This document shows positions 1 to 8,374 of a stretch of DNA of 32,000 bases, piece after piece. The stretch comes from Longivirga aurantiaca (GTDB lineage: Bacteria > Actinomycetota > Actinomycetes > S36-B12 > CAIYMF01): positions 628,414-660,413 of the forward strand of contig NZ_JBHSTI010000002.1 in NCBI RefSeq assembly GCF_042660085.1. The letters are read 5' to 3'. The position numbers and the translations under genes were made by a program. The number at the start of each line of letters is the position of its first letter. Positions within the stretch are counted from its first letter, which is position 1. The notes under the pieces are model-generated. The model worked only from the letters and a program-made list of their open reading frames with translations, had not been told where the DNA came from and searched no databases.

Positions 1-1986
1 GGCGCCCGCGGCATGGCGCTCGAGGGGAAGACCGCCACCGAGATCGTCACGCACTACTACACCGGCACCACCGTCACGCCGGTGAAGGACGACGCCGCGA
101 TCCGCGTGAACCTCCTGCACCGGGCCACCAAGGCGCTCTTCCGGACCGAGGCGCTCACCACGGGCGGCGGCGGCATCGAGGTCACGCTGGCCGGCCAGGA
201 TCCCGAGCTCGGCACGTCGGCCGACATCTTCAGCGTCGTGCAGGCCGGCTCGTCGGTGACCGTCATCAAGACCCGGGGCACCGCGACCCGCACGCTCGGC
301 ACCGCGGCCTCGGTCACCATCCGGTGGGAGGGCACGCGCGACCCCGGTGGCGCCGGCACGACGCCGACCGTGCTCAACGTCGTGCCCGAGAAGCAGGCGA
401 ACTTCGCCTCCGAGGGCCACCGCTACCGCTACGGCACCGTGATCGTCCAGTCGGCGAGCGCCGGCACGTTCCAGGTCAACAACCGGGTGCGGATCCACGA
501 CGAGTACCTGCTCGGCATCGCCGAGGTCTCCAACTCCTGGCCGGCGGCGTCGCTGCAGGCGCAGGTGCTGGCCGCGCGCAGCTACGTCCTCAGCAAGGCG
601 GGCACGCTGCGCAGCGCCTGCCTCTGCCACGTGGACGACGGCGGCGGCCCCTACTACGACCAGACCTTCGCCGGCTGGATCAAGGAGTCGGGCGCGCTCG
701 GCCAGAACTGGCGCGACGCCGTCAAGGCCACCTACGCCAACACCACGGTGGCCGGCGAGACGGTGCTGCGAGGCAAGGCGATCCTGTCCGGCGGGCAGCC
801 GATCACGGCGTTCTACTACGCGGCGTCCGGCGGCCGCACCCAGAGCTCGGCCGACGTGTGGGGAGGCGTCCTCCCGTGGGCGCAGAGCGTCGACGACCAC
901 TGGAGCCTCGACGCGTCCGTGCCGTGGTCGCAGTGGATCCCGCGCGAGCGCACCCAGGCCCAGGTGGCCGCCGCGTTCGGCCTCCCCGACGTCATGCGCA
1001 TCGACCTCTCGGCCCGCACCGCCGGCGACGGCGTCAGGACCGCGATCGCCTGGTCGTCATCGGGCGCCTCGGCCACGATCAGCGGCGAGTCGCTGCGCAC
1101 GCGCCTGTCGCTGCCCGGCACCTGGGTCAGCCGCGTCGCCGACGTCCGCTCCGGCGACGCTGCCACGATCGCGGTGCGCACCGCGCAGAAGTCGTCGTCC
1201 GAGACCGTCGTCCTCGCGCCGATCGCCGACCCCGCCTCGGTCGCCGTCGCCGGCAACCTGGCCGCGCAGGAGGGCTGGGCGCTCCTGCTCACCACCTCGG
1301 ACGCGCTCAGCGCCGTCACGCGCACCGAGCTCGCTCGCCGTACTCCCACCACGGTGTACGCCGTCGGCACGCCGACCGACCTGCCCGCGGCCCTCGTCTC
1401 CGACGTCGGTGCCATGGCCGGCGTCGGCACCGTCACCCGCGTCACCGGCACCAACGCCACCGGCGTCTCGGTCAACGCCGCCAAGCTGCTGGCCCCGGCC
1501 ACCGGTGCGGTCGCGGTCGTCGTCGGCGAGACCGACCTCGGGTCGCTCGCCGTCGGGTCCGGCGCCGCGCGCGCCAAGAAGGGCCCGCTCCTCGTCGTGC
1601 CCGGCGGGGCGGCGCCGTCCACCTCGGTGCCGGCGTACCTCGACGCCCTCGCGCCGAAGGCCACGGTGGTCATCGGGTCGACCGACGCCGTCGCCGACAG
1701 CGTGGCCGCCACGCTGCCCCAGGTGAGCCGCCTCGCAGGCGCCGACGCCGTCGAGACCGCGAGCAAGGCCGCCACCTGGGCCGGCTCGGCCAACGCCCGT
1801 CTGGTGGTGCTGGGCAAGGCCCTGGCACCGGTCAGCGCCGTCGCGCTCGCCCCGGGCGCGGTCGTGCTCGTGGTCGACACCAGCGTCGCGACCTCGACCA
1901 AGGTCGTGCTCCAGCGCGGTGTCGCCACGATCGTGGCCGGGCCGAACATGCCCGACGCGCTCGTGACGACGGCGCGGCGTCTCTAG
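1..1986 (+). CDS. SpoIID/LytB-domain protein with C-terminal cell wall-binding repeat 2 (CWB2) domains, 5' truncated by the window edge
   Basis: The frame is open from base 1 (GAR-GMALEGKTATEIVTHYYTGT), which is the interior SpoIID motif 'YGArGMA..G....I..hYY.Gt', so Met at 13 is not the real start. The C-terminus has CWB2-like repeats (AVAGNLAAQEGWALLLTTSDALS..., TVVIGSTDAVADSVAATLPQVSRLAGADAVETA). Stop TAG at 1984-1986. Confidence 0.85.
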   Translation, partial: GARGMALEGKTATEIVTHYYTGTTVTPVKDDAAIRVNLLHRATKALFRTEALTTGGGGIEVTLAGQDPELGTSADIFSVVQAGSSVTVIKTRGTATRTLGTAASVTIRWEGTRDPGGAGTTPTVLNVVPEKQANFASEGHRYRYGTVIVQSASAGTFQVNNRVRIHDEYLLGIAEVSNSWPAASLQAQVLAARSYVLSKAGTLRSACLCHVDDGGGPYYDQTFAGWIKESGALGQNWRDAVKATYANTTVAGETVLRGKAILSGGQPITAFYYAASGGRTQSSADVWGGVLPWAQSVDDHWSLDASVPWSQWIPRERTQAQVAAAFGLPDVMRIDLSARTAGDGVRTAIAWSSSGASATISGESLRTRLSLPGTWVSRVADVRSGDAATIAVRTAQKSSSETVVLAPIADPASVAVAGNLAAQEGWALLLTTSDALSAVTRTELARRTPTTVYAVGTPTDLPAALVSDVGAMAGVGTVTRVTGTNATGVSVNAAKLLAPATGAVAVVVGETDLGSLAVGSGAARAKKGPLLVVPGGAAPSTSVPAYLDALAPKATVVIGSTDAVADSVAATLPQVSRLAGADAVETASKAATWAGSANARLVVLGKALAPVSAVALAPGAVVLVVDTSVATSTKVVLQRGVATIVAGPNMPDALVTTARRL

Positions 1987-2014
1987 ATCAGCGGCGTCCC
2001 TGGATCAACAGCCT

Positions 2015-2746
2015 CTAGGCGAGCACGGCTCCGCAGCCCTCGCGGTCGGCCACGTCCGACGCGTCGGCGGCAGGGTCCGTCAGCAGCACCACCGCGACAT
2101 CCGCGGCGAGCGGCAGGGCGATCAGGGCGAGCGCGGCTGCCGGGAGCGCTGCGGTGACGAGCACCCGCGAGCCCGGGGCGGCGCCGAGGTCCGCCGCGAG
2201 CGCGAGCGCCTCGGCGAGCGCCTCGGCCTGGGTCAGCGTGCGGTCGCCGTACCTCAGCCACGCGTCGTCGCCCCGCACCGTGCGGTACGCCGAGAAGCGG
2301 TCGCCGTGGCCGCGCACCTCGATCGCGGCGTCGAGCACGCCCGCGGGCAACGGCTCGCGGAACGGCATGCCGAGCGGGTGCAGCGCGGTCCCCAGGGTGA
2401 GCGGCGCGCGCTCGGTGCCGAGGTCGTCCGGGCCGAGCACCGCCACCTCGACGCCGGGATCCTCGACCGGGCCGCCGATCCAGGCGATCCCGCCCACCAG
2501 CGCCGCCGCTCCGAGCCAGACGCTGGTCTGCCAGTGCACCGGCAGACGCAGCGACACCGCCGAGCCGGGCTGGAGGTCGGCGTCGTCGCGCAGCAGGTTG
2601 GCCGCCTTGGCGATGTTGTTCTCGTACGTGCGCACCGAGAGCTCGGTGCGGGCGCCGTCGGGGCCGAGATGGGTGACGAGGGGACGGGCGGGATCGCGCG
2701 CGAGCAGCGCGGCAAGGGCGACGGGCACGGTCACGGGCGCGGTCAC
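2015..2746 (-). CDS. TIGR03089 family protein (truncated acyl-CoA synthetase/AMP-binding-like)
   Basis: Protein VTAPVTVPVALAALLARDPARPLVTHLGPDGARTELSVRTYENNIAKAANLLRDD... ends ...DPAADASDVADREGCGAVLA. The GTG start at 2746 is chosen over the 624-aa ORF extension, which runs antisense through the nucleotidyltransferase gene. Confidence 0.75.
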   Translation of the reverse strand: MTAPVTVPVALAALLARDPARPLVTHLGPDGARTELSVRTYENNIAKAANLLRDDADLQPGSAVSLRLPVHWQTSVWLGAAALVGGIAWIGGPVEDPGVEVAVLGPDDLGTERAPLTLGTALHPLGMPFREPLPAGVLDAAIEVRGHGDRFSAYRTVRGDDAWLRYGDRTLTQAEALAEALALAADLGAAPGSRVLVTAALPAAALALIALPLAADVAVVLLTDPAADASDVADREGCGAVLA

Positions 2747-2800
2747 GGCATCGAGCCTAGGGCGGCCTGACGGCTGCGCCCGGTGTGGGAGAGTGGCGAT

Positions 2801-3883
2801 GTGCTCGAAGCCGTCCTCCTCGTCGGGGGCCAGGGGACTCGCCTGCGCCCGCTGACCGTCACCACGCCCAAGCCGATGCTGCCCGTCGCGGGCGTGCCGT
2901 GCACCGAGCACCAGATCGCACGCGCCCGCGAGGCGGGCGTCACGCGCGTGGTGCTGGGCACGTCGTACCGGCCCGAGGTGTTCCTCGACTACTTCGGCGA
3001 CGGCTCGCGCTTCGGCGTCGAGCTCGTCTACGCCACCGAGGACGTGCCGCTGGGCACCGGCGGCGCGATCCGCCACGTGGCGCCGCACCTGCTGTCCGGC
3101 CCGGACGACCCGGTCCTGGTCTTCAACGGCGACATCCTCTCGGGGCACGACATCGCCGGCCAGGTGCAGGCGTGGCGCGACTCGTCGTCGGACGTGTCGC
3201 TCTACCTCACCCGCGTCGAGGACCCGCGCGCCTACGGCCTCGTGCCGACCGACGCCGACGGACGCGTGACGCAGTTCCTCGAGAAGCCCTCGACGCCCGA
3301 GGAGATCGTCACCGACCAGATCAACGCCGGCTGCTACGTCTTCCGCCGCTCGGTGATCGACAGCATCCCCACCGGTCGCCCGGTGTCCGTGGAGCGCGAG
3401 ACGTTCCCCGGCCTGCTGGCACGCGGTGCCGTCGTCACCGGCTTCGTCGACGACGGCTACTGGCTCGACCTCGGCACGCCGCTCGCGTTCGTGCAGGGCT
3501 CGTGCGACCTCGTCCTCGGCCGCGCCCCCAGCCCCGCCCTGCCGGGGCGGACCGGCCAGTTCCTCGTGCGCCCGGGCGCCGAGGTGGAGCCCGACGCGAT
3601 CCTCAGCAACGGCACGTTCGTCGGTGCCGGCGCCACGGTCGGTTCGGGCGCCGTGGTCGACGGCTCGTCGCTGTTCGACAACGCGATGGTGGCCGCGGGC
3701 GCGTACGTGAAGGACTCGGTGATCGGCTCCGGCGCGATCATCGGCAGCGGCGCGCGCCTCGACGGCGTCGTCGTCGGCGACCGCGCGGTGATCGGCCCCG
3801 GCAACGAGCTCGTGCGCGGTGCGCGCGTGTGGCCCGGGGTCGCGCTGTCGGAGACCTCGGTGCGCTTCTCCTCCGACCGCTGA
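2801..3883 (+). CDS. NDP-sugar nucleotidyltransferase, probable mannose-1-phosphate guanylyltransferase
   Basis: N-terminal LLVGGQGTRLRPLTVTTPKPMLPVAG signature, EDVPLGTGGAIR, and a C-terminal hexapeptide (left-handed beta-helix) region. Start is GTG 2801 or GTG 2783. Confidence 0.88.
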   Translation: MLEAVLLVGGQGTRLRPLTVTTPKPMLPVAGVPCTEHQIARAREAGVTRVVLGTSYRPEVFLDYFGDGSRFGVELVYATEDVPLGTGGAIRHVAPHLLSGPDDPVLVFNGDILSGHDIAGQVQAWRDSSSDVSLYLTRVEDPRAYGLVPTDADGRVTQFLEKPSTPEEIVTDQINAGCYVFRRSVIDSIPTGRPVSVERETFPGLLARGAVVTGFVDDGYWLDLGTPLAFVQGSCDLVLGRAPSPALPGRTGQFLVRPGAEVEPDAILSNGTFVGAGATVGSGAVVDGSSLFDNAMVAAGAYVKDSVIGSGAIIGSGARLDGVVVGDRAVIGPGNELVRGARVWPGVALSETSVRFSSDR

Positions 3884-3894
3884 GCGCATCCCGC

Positions 3895-4812
3895 GTGGAG
3901 CCCGTCGTCCGCGAGTGGGCGCCGTCGTGGCCGGTGAGCCTCGGCGGCACGCTCGGCGCCCTGGGCCGCGGGCGGCACGACCCGACCTACCGGCGTACGC
4001 CGGACCGCGCGCTCTGGCGCACGATGCGCAGCCCCGACGGCCCGGCGACGCAGCGGCTCGAGCTGCGCGACGGAGTGGTGGTCTCGACGGCGTGGGGGCC
4101 CGGCGCTGCGTGGGCCAGCGACCGGCTGCCGCGGATCCTCGGCGCCGACGACGACGTGTCGGGGTTCGACCCGTCGCCGCACCCGCTCGTTGCGCAGCAG
4201 TGGTCGCGCTACGGCGCCGGGATGCGCACGCCCTCGACCGGGGTGGTGCTCGAGACTCTCGTGCAGGCGATCCTCGAGCAGCGCGTCACCGGCCTCGAGG
4301 CGCGCCGCTCGTGGGGGTGGCTGCTCGCGACGTACGGCGAGCCCGCGCCCGGGCCGGCGCCCGAGCGCATGTTCGTGTTCCCCACGGCGGACGCAGTCTC
4401 GGCCGTGCCGTCGTGGGCGTGGCACCAGGCCGGCGTGGACGGGTCGCGGTCGGCGACGATCCTGCGCGCTGCGTCGTACGCCGGCCGGCTGCAGCAGTGC
4501 GCCGACCTGCCGCACGCGGAGGCACGGGCCCGGATGGAGGCGCTGCCTGGGGTGGGGCAGTGGACCTCGGCCGAGGTGGCGGCGCGCGCGCTCGGCGACG
4601 CGGATGCCGTGAGCTTCGGCGACTTCCACGTGGCGAAGAACGTGGTCTATGCGATGACGGGCGAGGAGGACGGCACCGACGAGCGGCTCGCGGAGCTCCT
4701 CGCGCCGTGGCCCGGGCACCGCGGCCGGGTGCAGCGGCTGGTGGAGATGACGGGCATCTCGCGCCCGGCTCGCGGACCCCGCTACTCGCCGCAGGACTTC
4801 CGCGGCCGGTAG
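3895..4812 (+). CDS. DNA-3-methyladenine glycosylase/AlkA-like (HhH-GPD) family protein
   Basis: Continuous frame with ...LVQAILEQRVTGLEARRSWGWLL..., the helix-hairpin-helix-like LPGVGQWTSAEVAARALGDADAVSFGDFHVAKNV and a final catalytic-region D. GTG start at 3895 just after the upstream stop. Confidence 0.75.
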   Translation: MEPVVREWAPSWPVSLGGTLGALGRGRHDPTYRRTPDRALWRTMRSPDGPATQRLELRDGVVVSTAWGPGAAWASDRLPRILGADDDVSGFDPSPHPLVAQQWSRYGAGMRTPSTGVVLETLVQAILEQRVTGLEARRSWGWLLATYGEPAPGPAPERMFVFPTADAVSAVPSWAWHQAGVDGSRSATILRAASYAGRLQQCADLPHAEARARMEALPGVGQWTSAEVAARALGDADAVSFGDFHVAKNVVYAMTGEEDGTDERLAELLAPWPGHRGRVQRLVEMTGISRPARGPRYSPQDFRGR

Positions 4813-4913
4813 GGGCGCGACGCCCGCTCGGAGGGTCGCGCGCCTGCCGCGCGTCCGGGGATGCGCTGCGCGTAGCGTGAGGGCGTTCGGGAACCGACCG
4901 GAAGGGGACTGTC

Positions 4914-5564
4914 ATGACGCGTCGTCCTGCTCGTCTCGCACGCGTGGCCGCTCTGCTCGTCGTCCCCCTGCTCGCGGTGACCGCGTGCGGCGGATCCGGT
5001 GGGGGCGAGGGCATCTCGGCCTCGGCGACGTCGTCGTCGACATCCGCCGCCCCGGAGACCACGAGCAGCTCGCCCGAGCCGTCGGAGGAGTCGTCCTCGC
5101 CCGAGGAGACCGCCACCCCCGCGACCGGGATCCAGCTCGCGGACGTGCCCGGCTACACCTACGGGGACGCGCCCGCCGACTTCGCGACGATGGGCAAGGC
5201 CTTGACGGACACGGGCCTGGTGAGCGAGGTGAAGGTCGTCGGGCTCGACACCCCCGACGGCGAGACCGCCGTGGTGCTCGTCGCGGCCCAGTACACGCCC
5301 GAGGTCACGAAGTCGTTCGAGGGCATGCCCATGGAGTCGATCCTCGGGGGCGTCGCCGGGGGCGTGAAGCCGTCGCTCACCGGCAAGGTGACGGAGGAGA
5401 CGATCACGGTCGACGGGACCGACATCGTGGTCCTCGCCTCGCCGGACCTCTCGGTCGCTCTGGTCTACTTCGACGGCGGGCTCCTCGCCCAGATGTACGG
5501 GCCCGACCGGGACGCCCTCGTCACGGCCGCGAAGGCCTTCGTCACGGCCCAGAACGCGGGCTAG
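4914..5564 (+). CDS. LppX/LprAFG-like lipoprotein
   Basis: Signal peptide with lipobox (MTRRPARLARVAALLVVPLLAVTAC|GGSGG), an S/T/P/E-rich linker, then GYTYGDAPADFATMGKALTDTGLVSEVKVVGLDTPDGET... ATG start after an aaggggac RBS. Confidence 0.7.
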   Translation: MTRRPARLARVAALLVVPLLAVTACGGSGGGEGISASATSSSTSAAPETTSSSPEPSEESSSPEETATPATGIQLADVPGYTYGDAPADFATMGKALTDTGLVSEVKVVGLDTPDGETAVVLVAAQYTPEVTKSFEGMPMESILGGVAGGVKPSLTGKVTEETITVDGTDIVVLASPDLSVALVYFDGGLLAQMYGPDRDALVTAAKAFVTAQNAG

Positions 5565-5581
5565 TCAACCAACTGGTTGAC
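5564..5581. promoter_or_regulatory. Perfect 18-bp palindrome (GTCAACCA-AC-TGGTTGAC), candidate ArsR-family operator; contains TTGACA (5577-5582), a consensus -35 hexamer
   Basis: Read directly: 8-bp perfect inverted repeat with a 2-nt centre, between the lipoprotein stop and the arsR-like gene. Confidence 0.6.
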
Positions 5582-5600
5582 AATCTCGGCCACCCTGCGG

Positions 5601-5642
5601 CACCTGCTCCTCCTCGACCGACTGGTCGAGGAGGAGCAGGTG
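5601..5642 (+). promoter_or_regulatory. 19-bp perfect inverted repeat with GACT loop that occludes the Shine-Dalgarno and ends on the GTG start codon of the ArsR-like gene
   Basis: CACCTGCTCCTCCTCGACC (5601-5619) / GACT / GGTCGAGGAGGAGCAGGTG (5624-5642). The right arm is the exact reverse complement of the left. The core TCGACCGACTGGTCGA matches 13/16 of the upstream palindrome core TCAACCAACTGGTTGA. Confidence 0.65.
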
Positions 5643-6032
5643 TCCGCTGATCCGCTGTCGCGGGTGTTCGCCGCGACAGCCGACCCCACCCGGCGCGACC
5701 TGGTCGCGCGGCCGACGGTCGCCGACCCAACGCTCACCGAGCTCGCCGAGCCGTACGACGTGAGCCTGCAGGCGGTCTCCCAGCACCTCCGGGTGCTCGA
5801 GGACGCCGGCCTCGTCACGCGCGGCCGCGACGCGCAGAAGCGGCCTGTGCACCTCGAGGCGGAGGTGCTCTCGTTGATGACCGCCTGGATCGAGCGCTAC
5901 CGGCGTCAGGCCGAGGAGTGCTACTCCCGTCTGGACGACGTCCTGGCCTCGATGCCGGACGACGTCGCCCCCTTGCCGCCGGCTCGCGCGGTATCCCCGA
6001 ATCCCCGTCGTACGAAGGGAAAGCAGGCATGA
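5640..6032 (+). CDS. ArsR-family (winged HTH) transcriptional regulator
   Basis: VSADPLSRVFAATADPTRRDLVARPTVADPTLTELAEPYDVSLQAVSQHLRVLEDAGLVTRGRDAQKRPVHL is a classic ArsR HTH. GTG 5640 has a GAGGAGGAG RBS. A TTG start at 5577 (ORF track) is the alternative. Confidence 0.88.
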   Translation: MSADPLSRVFAATADPTRRDLVARPTVADPTLTELAEPYDVSLQAVSQHLRVLEDAGLVTRGRDAQKRPVHLEAEVLSLMTAWIERYRRQAEECYSRLDDVLASMPDDVAPLPPARAVSPNPRRTKGKQA

Positions 6033-6502
6033 GCAACACGACAGAGATCCACGTCGACCCCGAGGTGCCCCTGGTGCGGATCACGCGCGAGTTCGACCAC
6101 CCCGTCGACAAGGTGTTCCGTGCGCACACCGACCCCGCGCTCGTCGCGCAGTGGATGGGGCCGCGCAGCCTGACGAACGAGATGGTCCGCTGGGACTGCG
6201 AGACCGGCGGCGGCTACGTCTTCGTGCAGCGCCGCGGCGACGAGGAGTACGCGTTCCACGGCTCGTTCCACGACGTGCGGCCCGGCGAGCTCATCGTGCA
6301 GACCTTCACCATCGACGGGATGCCCGACGGCGTGGCGCTGGAGAAGCTGCGGTTCGAGCCGCTCGACGGCGGTACGCGTACGCGCCTCACGACCACGTCG
6401 CTCGTCGACTCGTTCGAGGACCGCGACGCGTTCGTGGCCGGCGGCATGGAGACCGGCGTCGTCGAGGGCTACGAGCGCCTCGACGAGCTCCTCGACGCCT
6501 GA
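6029..6502 (+). CDS. SRPBCC/AHSA1-like (activator of Hsp90 ATPase homologue) family protein
   Basis: VRITREFDHPVDKVFRAHTDPALVAQWMGPRSLTNEMVRWDCETGGGYVF...; ATGA overlap with the arsR stop; this is a typical ArsR-SRPBCC pair. Confidence 0.85.
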   Translation: MSNTTEIHVDPEVPLVRITREFDHPVDKVFRAHTDPALVAQWMGPRSLTNEMVRWDCETGGGYVFVQRRGDEEYAFHGSFHDVRPGELIVQTFTIDGMPDGVALEKLRFEPLDGGTRTRLTTTSLVDSFEDRDAFVAGGMETGVVEGYERLDELLDA

Positions 6503-6577
6503 TCCGACGCAGACCAGCGGGCGGTGGGGCCCGGGAACGTCCACCGACGCGCCTGTGCGGTCTGAGATCGTAGGCGC

Positions 6578-6823
6578 GTGGGGTACTTCTGGTACGTGCT
6601 CGTCGGCCTGGTTCTCCTGGGCCTGTCCGGCCTGATGCTCTATGCCCTGGTGACCGAGCGGGGCGACTGGCTCAACCGGCTGTGGATGCCTTTCCCGTGG
6701 GAGAACACCAATGGTGGGCGTGGGCCAAGAAGCACGGAGTTCTCGGCGCTGGTTGTAGGTGTCGTCTTCGGGGTCATCGGATTCTTGGTACTGACGTATG
6801 TCGCGCTGTCGTTCTTGCTCTGA
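6578..6823 (+). CDS. small membrane protein of unknown function, two predicted TM helices
   Basis: 81-aa ORF MGYFWYVLVGLVLLGLSGLMLYALVTERG...SALVVGVVFGVIGFLVLTYVALSFLL. The composition differs from the shadow ORFs in this region. Confidence 0.6.
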   Translation: MGYFWYVLVGLVLLGLSGLMLYALVTERGDWLNRLWMPFPWENTNGGRGPRSTEFSALVVGVVFGVIGFLVLTYVALSFLL

Positions 6824-6852
6824 GCTCGGGGAGCTTCAGTGAAGGGCCGTGC

Positions 6853-6882
6853 GCCCTGACGTCGGTCGTGCGAGGTCAGGGC
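6853..6882. terminator. candidate bidirectional terminator hairpin between convergent genes
   Basis: GCCCTGAC (6853-6860)/GTCAGGGC (6875-6882), a perfect 8-bp stem with 14-nt loop overlapping the stop of the minus-strand gene. No U-tract. Confidence 0.35.
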
Positions 6883-8288
6883 CGGCGTCGGCTCGGCGGC
6901 ACCAAGGTGAAGTAGCCGTGCTCGGTGGGGCGCTTGCCGGGGGTCGGGACGAGCGTCCAGCCGCCCTCGTGGAGGTCGTGGTGGTGGCGGTCGCACACGA
7001 GGACGCAGTTGTCGACATCGGTCGGGCCGCCGTCCTCCCAGTGGACGACGTGGTGGGCGCGGCAGCGCGCTGCCGGGACACCGCAGCCGGGGCGCGAGCA
7101 GCGGCCCTGCTCGCGGGTCTCGAGCGCGCGGCGCTGGCGCGGGGTGACGACGCGGTGCGCGCGGCCGACGTACAGGACCTCCTTGGCTGCCTCGCGCAGG
7201 AGGTCGTCGAGCGTCGGGCTGCCGTCGTCGCACCCGCAGTGCGGGCAGCCGCAGGTGCAGCGCGGGCGGGCACCGGTCACGATCGCAGCGTTGATCTCGG
7301 CGTCGCAGAGCAGGCGGCGCACGCTCTGCCGGCCCAGCGGGGTGCCCTCCGGGCATCCGGTCGTGCGCAGCATCCCGCCGAACGCCGTGTGCAGGTCGTG
7401 CAGGTCGACGTCGATGGTGACGCGGGGGATCACGCCGTGGCGCGCGCCGAGGTCGCCGTTCTCGAGCAGGGCGCCGCAGATGTCGCGAAGTGCGATCACG
7501 TTCAGGTAGGGCTGGCGACGACGACGCAGGCGCGCGGCTGCGGGGTCGTCGCCGTCGACCCGGTCCTCCTCGGGCAGGGTGCCGTCGCGGTGGCGCTGGT
7601 CGATGGCCTGCTGCAGGGCGGTGGCGATGAGGGCGTGGTTCTCCGGCGTCAGGTAGCCGGAGACCTTCACGCCGTCGCCGTCGGGCTGGAAGCGCAGGAA
7701 CTGGGCGCGCTCGGCCTCGTCGGAGTCCTTGGCCAGGCCCCACTCGTCGACCCAGGCGCGTACGCGCTTGGCCTTGATGGCGAGCTCGGTGGGGGTGGCA
7801 CCGTCGAGGGCGAAGCCGAGCAGCGCCTGCTCTGCGGAGGCGCGGAACGGCGCCTGGTCGGCGTGGGCGAGGCCGCGGGCGACCTTGTCGATGCTGGTGG
7901 TGATGGTCGTGACGTGGGCGCGCGAGATCCCGCCCGCGACCCAGGCCGCGCCGGTGGCGGAGTAGCCGCCGGCCAGGGCGCAGCCGCGCGCGAGCACGGC
8001 ACCCGCTGCCTTCGGGTTCATCGAGGCGGCATCGCGCAGCCAGGCGGTGGTCGCCACACGCAGCGAGCCGGAGGCGTGCACGCGCGCGACGCCCGTGGTG
8101 ACGACGGCCTCGAGCTGGTCGTGCACCCGCGCGAGGCCGGCCACGAGCGCGGGGAGGTCGGCCAGCGGCACCGCCTCGAGCCCGCCGGTCTGGGTCAGGT
8201 GCGCGAGCCGGGCGACCAGCGTGGCGAGCTCGGCCGAGGTGTCAGCCACCTCGCCGAGTGCAGTCGTCTGGTCGATGCGCATGACCAC
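6876..8288 (-). CDS. DUF222 domain-containing HNH endonuclease signature protein (13E12-repeat-like family)
   Basis: N-terminal DUF222-type helical region; C-terminal HNH motif RCSRPGCGVPAARCRAHHVVHWEDGGPTDVDNCVLVCDRHHHDLHEGGW. Confidence 0.88.
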   Translation of the reverse strand: MVMRIDQTTALGEVADTSAELATLVARLAHLTQTGGLEAVPLADLPALVAGLARVHDQLEAVVTTGVARVHASGSLRVATTAWLRDAASMNPKAAGAVLARGCALAGGYSATGAAWVAGGISRAHVTTITTSIDKVARGLAHADQAPFRASAEQALLGFALDGATPTELAIKAKRVRAWVDEWGLAKDSDEAERAQFLRFQPDGDGVKVSGYLTPENHALIATALQQAIDQRHRDGTLPEEDRVDGDDPAAARLRRRRQPYLNVIALRDICGALLENGDLGARHGVIPRVTIDVDLHDLHTAFGGMLRTTGCPEGTPLGRQSVRRLLCDAEINAAIVTGARPRCTCGCPHCGCDDGSPTLDDLLREAAKEVLYVGRAHRVVTPRQRRALETREQGRCSRPGCGVPAARCRAHHVVHWEDGGPTDVDNCVLVCDRHHHDLHEGGWTLVPTPGKRPTEHGYFTLVPPSRRRP

Positions 8289-8374
8289 ATCGTGTCAGGC
8301 GCCTCCGACAGTGCCGTCCCCCGAGAACCCTCTATCCACAGACGATCTCGGCTGATCGCCTATCGGGATCGGGG

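Noticed and set aside
2015-3889. 624-aa minus-strand ORF
   Set aside because: Only the C-terminal 243 aa (2015-2746) look like a real protein; the rest is Arg/Val/His/Glu-rich shadow sequence antisense to the nucleotidyltransferase.
4875-4916. GGAACC upstream of the lipoprotein as an ECF sigma -35
   Set aside because: The matching -10 would fall at the start codon, leaving no room for the AAGGGG RBS.
6876-8288. DUF222-HNH gene as a mobile element or homing endonuclease
   Set aside because: The family is widespread and multi-copy in actinobacteria, but I see no flanking direct or inverted repeats, intron or intein boundary, or integrase here.
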